Of a DNA stretch of 32,000 bases, positions 24,753 through 32,000 are shown one piece after another. Location of the stretch: assembly GCA_000830275.1 (NCBI GenBank), contig CP010424.1, forward strand, positions 360,001 through 392,000, read 5' to 3'. Made by a program: the position numbers and the translations under genes. Source of the stretch: an archaeon GW2011_AR10. GTDB lineage: Archaea; Iainarchaeota; Iainarchaeia; Iainarchaeales; GW2011-AR10. The first letter of the stretch is position 1; every line of letters begins with the position of its first letter. Under the pieces are notes generated by a model, which did not search any database, was not told the DNA's origin, and was given only the letters and a program-made list of their open reading frames with translations.

Positions 24753-26375
24753 ATGGAGCAGTTTTCAAAGGAAGAGCAGGAAATTTTAAGGCCGTTTTTT
24801 ACGAACCTTGATAAGCCGGTTTTTGTGCTCAAAAACCTTCCAGAGGTTGTGAAAGGCGCCTTGTTTTCTCGCTACAGCCGCTCGGACAAAAGCCTCAGGA
24901 GAGTGCTCTTGGAAGAGTTCATTAAAGACGAAAAAATGGGCTTCAAGGAAATTGTTGGGCACCAGGCTGAAAGCGGCGTAAGCCAAGTTGTGGCAATCCG
25001 AAAAGCAGAGGAATTCTATGACAGGGTTTTGGTTGGGTTTGGAGATGACTCGGTTGCAGAGCTTGGAGGAGCGCACGTTGCAGTTGAAGATGTTAGCAAC
25101 ATTACAAGCGTTATTCTTGAGGATTCTCGCATTGGGTTAAGCCCGCTGGAAAAAAGCACGCGCTACGTGTGGTATGACAAGAAGGTTAATGGAAAATACG
25201 CTTACTATTCCGATGAAAAAATAATGCAGTCAAGGCACGCCGATTTGTTCACTGAAACATGCGACATGCTGTTTGATTCCTATGCTGAACTGGTGGAACC
25301 AACCAAAAAGTACTTGAATGAACAGTTCCCGCAGGAAGAAAATGTGAGTGACAGGGCATACAATTCAACAATCAAGGCAAAAACCTGTGATGTTCTCAGG
25401 GTTTTTTTGCCGGCAGCAACAACCACAAACTTAGGCTTGTTCGGCAACGGCAGGAGCTTTGAATACCTTCTCACAAAAATGTATTCAAATGAATTAACTG
25501 AACCGCAGAATGTTGCTGCTTCAATGCATGCAGAGCTGCAAAAAGTAATTCCCTCTTTTGTGAAAAGGGCAAGGGATCAATTTGGAATGCCGACAATTGA
25601 ATTCATGCACGAAACAAGGAAAGGCATGAGGCAATTGGCGGGAAAAATTTTTGAAGGAACAAAACCACAAAAAGAAAAAGAAGTTACTTTGGTGAGCTTT
25701 GATTCAAAAGCTGAGGAAAAAGTCGTTGCAGCTGCACTTTACCCTTTCACTGACCTTTCTCACAAGCAGGTGCAGGAAAAAGTGCGGAAAATGAATGCTA
25801 CTGAAAGAAAGCAGGTGCTGAAAGAATACCAGTTCAGGCGCCAGAACAGAAGGCATAAGCCTTACCGCGGCTTTGAGCATGCTTACTACGAGTTTGATTT
25901 GCTTGGAAACTATGGCATTTATCGTGACTTGCACAGGCACAGAATGCTTACACAGCAAAGGCAACCACTAACAGTAAAGCACGGGTTTAATATTCCAACA
26001 GAATTCAAGGCACTGGGCGTTGAAGAAAAATACGTTGACGCAATGAAGGAAGTTGCTTCCGCGTTTAACGCAATTGCAAAGGATTTGCCGAAAGAAGCGC
26101 AGTACGTTGTTCCGTTTGGTTACCGCATCAGGTGGAATGTTTGCCTGAATCTTCGCGAATTATACCATTTGGTTGAACTGCGCTCAACAATTCAAGGGCA
26201 TCCGGATTACAGGAGAATTGCCTTCAAAATGTTTGATGAAGTGAGAAAAGTGCAGCCTGCACTTGTTGAGTGGATGAAATTTGTTGTAACAAAGGATATT
26301 GGCTTGGAGCGACTTGAAGCGGAAAAAGAGTACGATAAAAGAATTGAGGAAGTAAAGAAAAAGTATGGCGGCTAA
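24753..26375 (+). CDS. thyX: flavin-dependent thymidylate synthase, double-length (two ThyX-like domains in one chain)
   Basis: The C-terminal half has FEHAYYEFDL...YRDLHRHRMLT (RHR signature) and LNLRELYHLVELRS. The N-terminal half is collinear with ThyX (ALFSRYSRS..., HVAVEDVSN..., SPLEKSTRY, LRVFLPAATTTN). The ATG at 24753 is preceded by GGGGG, and the listed TTG at 24696 is unlikely. Confidence 0.8.
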   Translation: MEQFSKEEQEILRPFFTNLDKPVFVLKNLPEVVKGALFSRYSRSDKSLRRVLLEEFIKDEKMGFKEIVGHQAESGVSQVVAIRKAEEFYDRVLVGFGDDSVAELGGAHVAVEDVSNITSVILEDSRIGLSPLEKSTRYVWYDKKVNGKYAYYSDEKIMQSRHADLFTETCDMLFDSYAELVEPTKKYLNEQFPQEENVSDRAYNSTIKAKTCDVLRVFLPAATTTNLGLFGNGRSFEYLLTKMYSNELTEPQNVAASMHAELQKVIPSFVKRARDQFGMPTIEFMHETRKGMRQLAGKIFEGTKPQKEKEVTLVSFDSKAEEKVVAAALYPFTDLSHKQVQEKVRKMNATERKQVLKEYQFRRQNRRHKPYRGFEHAYYEFDLLGNYGIYRDLHRHRMLTQQRQPLTVKHGFNIPTEFKALGVEEKYVDAMKEVASAFNAIAKDLPKEAQYVVPFGYRIRWNVCLNLRELYHLVELRSTIQGHPDYRRIAFKMFDEVRKVQPALVEWMKFVVTKDIGLERLEAEKEYDKRIEEVKKKYGG

Positions 26376-27060
26376 ATTTATATTTGGGTTAATCGTAATA
26401 CTATTGCTGGCTGGTTGCGCTCAGGAAACCAATTCGAGTGATAATGTGCAGAATATTTCTTTAACAACTGATGACAGCATTAAGATTTCTTCAAGGTTTT
26501 ATCCAGGAAACCAAACAGGAATTGTTTTAGTGCATATGCTTGGCAGAAACAAGGAAACATGGAATGCGTTTGCGGATGAGCTGGCAAATAGCGGCTACAG
26601 CGTGATTTCAATTGATTTGCGAGGCCACGGGGAAAGCGGCGGCAGCGATTATTCTAGTTTCTCAGAAGCGCAGTGGAATTCAGCTGTGAATGACATTAAA
26701 GCAGCGAAAGAGTTCCTGAAAGAAAAAGGGGCAACAAACTTCTACATAATTGGCGGGAGCATCGGCTCCAACCTTGCAATAAAGTATGCTGCAACCGATT
26801 CAGATATTTCAAAAGTTGTTTTGTTGAGCCCCTCCTTTGATTATAGGGGAGTGAAAACAGAGGAAGCAGCAGAGAATTTCAAGGGAGAACTGCTTGTGGT
26901 TTCAAGCAGCGAAGATTTGCAGTCTTTTGGCGCTTCCGAGCAGCTGGCAGAAATTTCGCCGAACGGAGAATTTGTTGGTTTAAGCGGTGCAGGCCACGGC
27001 ACAAACATGCTCGGCAAACAAAATGTTAACATTACAATCCTTGATTTTTTTAGCGAGTGA
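26365..27060 (+). CDS. secreted or lipid-anchored alpha/beta-hydrolase-fold protein
   Basis: A signal peptide with a lipobox-like LLLAGC. GGSIGS is a nucleophile elbow, and later SSSEDL and GAGHGT are candidate Asp and His residues. It overlaps the thyX end by 11 nt. Confidence 0.65.
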   Translation: MAAKFIFGLIVILLLAGCAQETNSSDNVQNISLTTDDSIKISSRFYPGNQTGIVLVHMLGRNKETWNAFADELANSGYSVISIDLRGHGESGGSDYSSFSEAQWNSAVNDIKAAKEFLKEKGATNFYIIGGSIGSNLAIKYAATDSDISKVVLLSPSFDYRGVKTEEAAENFKGELLVVSSSEDLQSFGASEQLAEISPNGEFVGLSGAGHGTNMLGKQNVNITILDFFSE

Positions 27061-27116
27061 AGAAGCGAGTTTAATTTATAACCCATTGTAAAGCAATGAG
27101 TTGGACGTTAGCTCTA

Positions 27117-27136
27117 TTCCCGCGAGCAGGCGGGAA
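27117..27136. other. 7-bp GC-rich hairpin (ttcccgc-gagcag-gcgggaa) abutting the tRNA 3' end
   Basis: A perfect inverted repeat sits directly adjacent to the discriminator base of the tRNA (minus strand) and 57 nt after the hydrolase stop (plus strand). Confidence 0.5.
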
Positions 27137-27259
27137 TGCAGGGGGGAGGATTCGAACCCCCGAAGACACTAAGTCACCAGATTTCTCGAGCCCTTTTGGT
27201 TAATCTTTTTCAAAAAGGCTCCTTGAGTCTGGTCCGTTTGGCCGCTTCGGTACCCCTGC
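27137..27259 (-). tRNA. tRNA-Leu (anticodon CAA) with a 39-nt intron
   Basis: The reverse complement folds by hand. The acceptor is GCAGGGG/CCCCTGC with discriminator A. The D arm is CCG..CGG. The anticodon stem is CCAGA/TCTGG with loop CU-CAA-G[intron]A. There is a long variable arm, and the T arm is GGGGG-TTCGAAT-CCTCC. CCA is not encoded. Confidence 0.85.
27183..27221 (-). other. tRNA intron at the canonical 37/38 position
   Basis: The intron GAGCCUUUUUGAAAAAGAUUAACCAAAAGGGCUCGAGAA interrupts the anticodon loop after G37. Its internal GAGCC(U4)/(A4)GGGCUC pairing is compatible with a helix flanking splice-site bulges. Confidence 0.7.
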
Positions 27260-27408
27260 AGGATACCAACTTCTTATAATTAATGTAATAAAAAGATTTT
27301 CTCAATCCTTATTAAAAGCTTTAAATACTGCCTAAGCAATTAAATAATTTTCAATTTTTTGAATAGTTAACCCAATACGTTTAAAAGCAGGTTTTCTTAA
27401 ATTCTTTA

Positions 27409-28365
27409 ATGGCAAAGAACGCTGGAAAAAGCCCAAATAGCCCTGAGAAATGTGACGTGTTTATTGTTGGACTAGGCTTTGCCGGCCTGTCCGCAGCAAT
27501 TTACAGCGCGCGCTACAACTTCAGGACTATTGCAGCTGGAGAAATCTTTGGCGGACTGATTATTGACACCCACCTGGTGGAAAACTACCCTGGCTTTACT
27601 GCCATCAGCGGCCTTGAGCTAATGGAGCACTTCAAGGAACACGTTAAGTTCTATGAAAACATCGAAGTGGTTGAAGAAAAGGTTGAAAGCATTGAAAAAA
27701 AATGGAAAAAATTTTTTGCAGTGTTGAAGGATGGAAGAACCTTTGAATCAAAAGCAGTCATCATTGCAACCGGCACAAAAAGAAGGCTTCTGAATGTTCC
27801 AGGAGAAAAAGAGCTCTCAAACAAGGGGGTTTCTTACTGCGCAACATGCGATGCGTTTTTGTTCAAGAACAAGGAAGTTGTTGTTGTGGGAAGCGGTGAC
27901 TCTGCCGCAAAAGAAGCCCTGCTGTTAAGCGAGCACGCGAAAAAAGTTACAGTGCTGGTACGCAAGGACAAGCTGAAAGCAGAGCCAATAAACCTTTCAA
28001 GGGTTGAAAAGAAAAAAGACAAAATCAAGGTAAAGTTCAATGCAGAAATTGCCGAAATTATTGGAAAAGGCAAAGTGGAAGCAATTAAGCTGAAGGACGG
28101 CTCAACAATGAAGGTTGACGGCGTATTCATTGAAATAGGCCACCTTCCGCAGACCGAGCTGGCGCAAAAACTGGGCTGCGCGCTGGATGAACACGGAGAA
28201 ATAAAGGTTGACAGGTATGCAAGAACAAACGTGCCAGGGGTTTTCGCTGCAGGAGACTGTGTTGACACTCACTGGAAGCAGGGCATTGTTTCAGCAGCAG
28301 AAGGAGCGCACGCGGCAAACTCTGCCTACAACTTCGTTTCAAACGAAGATATTGAACCAAAATAG
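27409..28365 (+). CDS. trxB: thioredoxin-disulfide reductase
   Basis: A VGLGFAGLSAAIY FAD-binding site, the CATCDAFLF redox-active CxxC, a VVVGSGDSAAKEA second dinucleotide site, and GVFAAGDC. Confidence 0.9.
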   Translation: MAKNAGKSPNSPEKCDVFIVGLGFAGLSAAIYSARYNFRTIAAGEIFGGLIIDTHLVENYPGFTAISGLELMEHFKEHVKFYENIEVVEEKVESIEKKWKKFFAVLKDGRTFESKAVIIATGTKRRLLNVPGEKELSNKGVSYCATCDAFLFKNKEVVVVGSGDSAAKEALLLSEHAKKVTVLVRKDKLKAEPINLSRVEKKKDKIKVKFNAEIAEIIGKGKVEAIKLKDGSTMKVDGVFIEIGHLPQTELAQKLGCALDEHGEIKVDRYARTNVPGVFAAGDCVDTHWKQGIVSAAEGAHAANSAYNFVSNEDIEPK

Positions 28366-28391
28366 TTTTTTGCTTATTTTTTGGTGAAAGA

Positions 28392-29192
28392 ATGCAGGAA
28401 AAGCCCAATCCAGTTGCACTGAGGATGCTGAAGCAGCGCAGCGACATACTTGAAAACCTCAAAGGAATAAAATTCAAAATCGCTGTAATGAGTGGGAAAG
28501 GCGGGACAGGAAAAACAACTGTTGCGGTAAACCTTGCCGCGGTTCTTTCAAGGAAAAACTCGGTTGGATTGCTTGACGCTGACATTGACTGCCCAAACAT
28601 TAACAGCTTTCTTGGAATCAAAGAAAGGTTTTCAGTGAAAGGGGAAAACCGGATTCAGCCAATTGAAAGGTTCGGCCTGAAAGTTGTTTCAATGGCTTCT
28701 CTGCAGGAGGAAGCAGATACAGCAATAATGTGGCGCGGCCCGATGATTTCAACCGGCTTAAACAGTTTCCTGCAGAACACTGACTGGGGGAAACTCGATT
28801 TCCTTGTTATTGACATGCCTCCCGGCACATCGGATGCGGCGCTGAGCATAATGCAGAACGTTGATTTAGCAGGAATTGTTGTTGTTTCAACTCCTCAAGG
28901 AGTTGCGCTGACCGATGCAAGCAAAGCAATTAACATGGCAAAAAAATTTAACGTTAAAGTGCTTGGCTTGGTTGAAAACATGTCTGGAGAAATTTTTGGG
29001 GAAGGAGAAGTTGAATCGCTTGCAAAAAAACTTGGGGAAACCTTTCTTGGCGGAATCGAATTAAGAAAGGAAATACGACAATTAGCCGAAAAGGGGCTTA
29101 TTGCAGTAAACGAAAGCAGGGAAGCAGAAAAAGAGTTTAAAGCAATTGCTCAAATTGTTTTAAAGCAACTGGGGGTGCAAAAAAATGGTTGA
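28392..29192 (+). CDS. mrp: Mrp/NBP35/ApbC-family P-loop ATPase (Fe-S cluster carrier type)
   Basis: [20 protein letters not shown] is a deviant Walker A motif. [25 protein letters not shown] and VENMS are also present. Confidence 0.85.
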   Translation: MQEKPNPVALRMLKQRSDILENLKGIKFKIAVMSGKGGTGKTTVAVNLAAVLSRKNSVGLLDADIDCPNINSFLGIKERFSVKGENRIQPIERFGLKVVSMASLQEEADTAIMWRGPMISTGLNSFLQNTDWGKLDFLVIDMPPGTSDAALSIMQNVDLAGIVVVSTPQGVALTDASKAINMAKKFNVKVLGLVENMSGEIFGEGEVESLAKKLGETFLGGIELRKEIRQLAEKGLIAVNESREAEKEFKAIAQIVLKQLGVQKNG

Positions 29193-29640
29193 AGCTGGAG
29201 AAAAAGCGCCTGCTTTTTCGCTGAAAGATGCAGGCGGCAGAACAGTTAAGCTTTCAGATTTCAAAGGAAAAAAATTGGTTTTGTATTTTTACCCAAAAGA
29301 TGACACGCCGGGCTGCACAAAGGAAGCGTGCAGTTTCAGGGATGATTTCTCAAAATACAAAAAAGCAGGAATTGAAATTCTTGGCGTGAGCTTGGATGAT
29401 GAACAATCTCACAAAAAATTTGCAGGAAAGTACGATTTGCCTTTCACTTTGCTTGCTGACACCGGAAAAGAGGTTTCACGAAAATACGGCGTTCTAGGAG
29501 AGAAAAGCTTTTTCGGAAAAAAGCTGTTTGGCGTAAAGCGCACCACTTTTTTAATTGATGAAAGCGGGAAAATCAGGCAAATTTTTAGGGATGTCAAAGT
29601 GGAAGGGCACAGCAAGGAAATACTGGAAAAATTTGGTTAG
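29185..29640 (+). CDS. bcp: thiol peroxidase, Bcp-type peroxiredoxin
   Basis: APAFSLKD...[23 protein letters not shown] contains the peroxidatic and resolving Cys context. There is an 8-nt overlap with mrp. Confidence 0.88.
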   Translation: MVEAGEKAPAFSLKDAGGRTVKLSDFKGKKLVLYFYPKDDTPGCTKEACSFRDDFSKYKKAGIEILGVSLDDEQSHKKFAGKYDLPFTLLADTGKEVSRKYGVLGEKSFFGKKLFGVKRTTFLIDESGKIRQIFRDVKVEGHSKEILEKFG

Positions 29641-29664
29641 TTGATGTGATTGACCCCTATAACA

Positions 29665-30111
29665 ATGAAAAGGCCAAGAATAATCCTGAAAAAACCGCCA
29701 AAAAAGAAGTTGCAAAGGCCCACAATGACCGCCAAAGTAAGGCAGCTTTTTCATTTGCCGGGGCACATAAAGGCGCTAAGAAAAACCAGAAGTGGAACAA
29801 GAACTGTCAGCTATGAAGAAAGGGTCAGGAAATGGCGTTGGGGGATATTCAGGCATATGATTAAAACCAAGGCAATTAATTCGGTTTTTGCAACATTTTT
29901 ACAACGCCTCGTTATGGAAAACTTCATTCAAAGAGTGGAACTCAACCAAATACTTAAGAACAGAAGTGAAACACAGCTTCACAGGATAATTTGGGCATTT
30001 CAAAGAGGGGCAATCAACTACACAGAATTCAAATCACTTGCATTAACCCTCCCGAAAGAGAAAGTTGACTCGCAACTTGAAGCCTTGCTCAAAAAATCTG
30101 CTACAAAATAA
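29665..30111 (+). CDS. hypothetical protein with a very basic N-terminus
   Basis: The first ATG gives MKRPRIILKKPPKKKLQRP.... I recognise no motif. It is the last gene of the trxB-mrp-bcp string. Confidence 0.45.
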   Translation: MKRPRIILKKPPKKKLQRPTMTAKVRQLFHLPGHIKALRKTRSGTRTVSYEERVRKWRWGIFRHMIKTKAINSVFATFLQRLVMENFIQRVELNQILKNRSETQLHRIIWAFQRGAINYTEFKSLALTLPKEKVDSQLEALLKKSATK

Positions 30112-30115
30112 AGAA

Positions 30116-30139
30116 GTTTTTGGCAAGCGCCCCAAAAAC
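30116..30139 (+). promoter_or_regulatory. 8-bp-stem inverted repeat (gtttttgg-N8-ccaaaaac), either a terminator or an operator candidate
   Basis: It starts 5 nt after the stop at 30111 and lies 44-67 nt upstream of the ArsR-family ATG at 30183. A T7 run follows at 30151-30157. Confidence 0.4.
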
Positions 30140-30182
30140 AATTTGTGCAGTTTTTTTAATCAGGTTGCCTTATTTTTTTTAC

Positions 30183-30482
30183 ATGCATGACCTGAAAGCT
30201 TTCAGGAAAAACGTTTGGTATCTGGTTGGGGCAACGCGCGGCGGGCCAATGCGAATCAGGATAATCTACGAGCTGATGGATAGGCCTTTGAACGCAAACC
30301 AGTTGACGAAAAAGCTCGGCGTTGACTACAAAACCGTGAGGCACCACCTTGAGGTTCTGAAGAAAAACAACTGGATTACTATGGGGGAAGAAAAGTACGG
30401 TTCCCTGTTTTTCCCTGCCTTCACCGAGGAACAAAAACAGGTTTTTGAGGAGGTTTTCCTTAAAATTGGGAAAAAATTTTAA
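30183..30482 (+). CDS. ArsR-family winged-helix transcriptional regulator
   Basis: RIRIIYELMDRPLNANQLTKKLGVDYKTVRHHLEVLKKNNWI is a typical ArsR/SmtB HTH core. The start is taken at the ATG at 30183, because the listed TTG extension is hydrophobic and implausible. Confidence 0.75.
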   Translation: MHDLKAFRKNVWYLVGATRGGPMRIRIIYELMDRPLNANQLTKKLGVDYKTVRHHLEVLKKNNWITMGEEKYGSLFFPAFTEEQKQVFEEVFLKIGKKF

Positions 30483-30500
30483 TACACGCAATGGAGAGAC

Positions 30501-30788
30501 ATGTATATGGTGGTTGAATTGATTGTTGTTATGGAGGCAGTAAACGTGCTGCTGCTTATTTTCCTGCTAAAGGTTTACGTGCAGAACTATATCCAAATGA
30601 AGTCAGGCTTCAGCCTTGGACTGATACTTTTCTCTCTAATCCTTTTGCTGCAGAACGTTATGGCAGGATACTTCCACTTTGCCATGGTTGACTATTACTC
30701 CGTTGAAGCAATGGGGCAGTCAACAGCTTTGACCATTTTGGAAACCGTTGCGTTGGCTGTTTTGGCATGGGTTACTTGGCGGGAATAA
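30501..30788 (+). CDS. hypothetical small membrane protein (3 TM helices)
   Basis: 95 aa and almost entirely hydrophobic. It lies 18 nt downstream of the ArsR-family gene. Confidence 0.5.
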   Translation: MYMVVELIVVMEAVNVLLLIFLLKVYVQNYIQMKSGFSLGLILFSLILLLQNVMAGYFHFAMVDYYSVEAMGQSTALTILETVALAVLAWVTWRE

Positions 30789-30843
30789 CACTTCAATAAA
30801 AGCATCTGGCTTTAAATACTAGAAAAAGTTTATTCTTATTCGC

Positions 30844-31563
30844 ATGAAAAAAACAGCGTTTTTGATTATTGCCCTGCTTTTGGCAGGCACTGCTTTTTCC
30901 CATGAGACAGCGGAAAACAATGAGGAAGACCTGCCTGAATCTGACGCTGTTCTGGCGTTCATATACAATAACCCTCCAACAAATTATTTGATTGTAGGAT
31001 TTTTCGGCACAATTGCGCTCATAATCCTGTCAATTGTTCTCAAGCCAAAACAGGATGGAACCAAGAAAATCATTTTTGCATTCATTGTGGCATTTATTGG
31101 AATTCCCTCAGCTTACCTCGCTTTCTCAACTGTGTACGAAAACATTGTTTCAGAAACCGGGGGGCCAGTACACTGGCATGCAGACTACGAGATATTGGTT
31201 TGTGGAGAGCCACTTGAGCTGCTTGAGTCAGAGGGCATTGAAAACAAAGTTGGAAGCGCTGAAGTGCACGGACACAACGACTACAGAATACACATTGAGG
31301 GAACGCTTCTGTCAGAGCGCGAGGCCTCCCTTGGCAACTTTTTCAGGCAGATTGGAGGAGAGATGACTGAAACATCTCTTACAGTTCCGCTTAAGGACAA
31401 AACAATTGGGCACTGGGACAATGACATGGAATGCCCTGATGGAAAACAGGGAAAGTGGAAAATGGTTGTAAATGGAACTGAAACAGAATTTAACCCAGAG
31501 TATGTAATAGCCCCTTACTCCACTGTTCCACCCGGCGACTACATTGAAATGGTGTTTGAATGA
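30844..31563 (+). CDS. hypothetical membrane-anchored, exported His-rich protein
   Basis: An N-terminal signal or anchor plus two further TM helices, then a soluble domain with spaced His pairs (VHWHADYEILVCGE...AEVHGHNDYRIHIEG) that suggest a metal site. Confidence 0.5.
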   Translation: MKKTAFLIIALLLAGTAFSHETAENNEEDLPESDAVLAFIYNNPPTNYLIVGFFGTIALIILSIVLKPKQDGTKKIIFAFIVAFIGIPSAYLAFSTVYENIVSETGGPVHWHADYEILVCGEPLELLESEGIENKVGSAEVHGHNDYRIHIEGTLLSEREASLGNFFRQIGGEMTETSLTVPLKDKTIGHWDNDMECPDGKQGKWKMVVNGTETEFNPEYVIAPYSTVPPGDYIEMVFE

Positions 31564-31578
31564 GGAAAAGTGATTTGA

Positions 31579-32000
31579 ATGGCAGTTGAGGCAAGCCTGC
31601 CAACTCTTGGCACAGTGGTAGTTACTGCCCTTATTGACTCAATTAACCCGTGTGCTATCGGCGTGCTAATTCTGCTGATTTCAACAATTATTGCCGGCTC
31701 CCAATCAAAAAAACAAATGGTTAAAATGGGGCTTATTTACATTGCAGCTGTTTATGTTACTTACTTTGCGGCAGGCTTGGGATTGACTCTGTTCCTCACG
31801 CAAATTCCCCTCATCTTTGCTGAATACATTTCAATTGCAGTTGGGCTTGTCATTATTTCTGCCGGGCTGATTGAAATAAAGGACTTTTATTGGTATGGAA
31901 AAGGCATTTCGCTTGCAATTCCTGCAGATAAGGCAAAAAAAATCCATGAGCTGTCAAAAAACCTTACACTACCTGGGCTGATATTTTTAGGGGTGTTCGT
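31579..32000 (+). CDS. CcdA/DsbD-like thiol:disulfide transfer membrane protein, 3' end outside the window
   Basis: This ORF is not in the supplied track because it runs off the end. Hand translation gives MAVEASLPTLGTVVVTALIDSINPCAIGVLILLIS...YFAAGLGLTLF..., with a conserved N-P-C in the first TM helix as in the DsbD/CcdA transmembrane family. Confidence 0.55.
   Translation, partial: MAVEASLPTLGTVVVTALIDSINPCAIGVLILLISTIIAGSQSKKQMVKMGLIYIAAVYVTYFAAGLGLTLFLTQIPLIFAEYISIAVGLVIISAGLIEIKDFYWYGKGISLAIPADKAKKIHELSKNLTLPGLIFLGVF

Noticed and set aside
27834-28621. Minus-strand ORFs of 144 aa and 164 aa overlapping trxB and the mrp start.
   Set aside because: They are antisense to two well-supported genes. 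Their sequences are Ser/Pro/Leu-rich with no motifs.

Overview
This window reads as a gene-dense (about 90% coding) chromosomal segment from an archaeon, probably an uncultivated small-genome lineage. The archaeal calls rest on an intron-containing tRNA-Leu(CAA) with the intron at the canonical 37/38 position, an archaeal-type TyrRS, a RibL-type FAD synthase, and AT-rich TATA-like boxes about 25 nt upstream of first-gene ATGs. Most of the content is housekeeping: a shikimate block (aroB-aroD-aroE-aroC), carA-carB, a CPA2/Kef-type antiporter, cysS, tyrS, ribL, guaB, a double-length thyX, and a thiol-redox block. The redox block is trxB, an Mrp/NBP35 ATPase and bcp, followed by an ArsR regulator, two membrane or exported proteins and a CcdA/DsbD-like gene that runs off the 3' end. 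The most unusual region is 17.6-23.0 kb. It holds three RimK/LysX-family ATP-grasp genes, one of which has eroded catalytic motifs. With them are a protein fusing an MscS-like membrane/beta-domain to a papain-like (C39-type) Cys-His domain, and an M20 (ArgE/DapE/LysK-type) metallohydrolase. A LysW-like four-Cys zinc-ribbon protein with an acidic C-terminus lies 4.5 kb away. The kinase, reductase and aminotransferase of the known LysW pathway are not in the window, so I flag this as a candidate uncharacterised ligation/trimming system. That is inference only. Other items worth a second look are a 42-nt direct repeat bracketing a multi-HTH orphan gene, a palindrome array in the M20/guaB divergent intergenic region, complementary motif decay in the two ThyX halves, and strong hairpin terminators. 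I recognised no rRNA, CRISPR array, transposase or integrase. No database search or structure prediction could be run, so every family assignment comes from motif recognition by eye.
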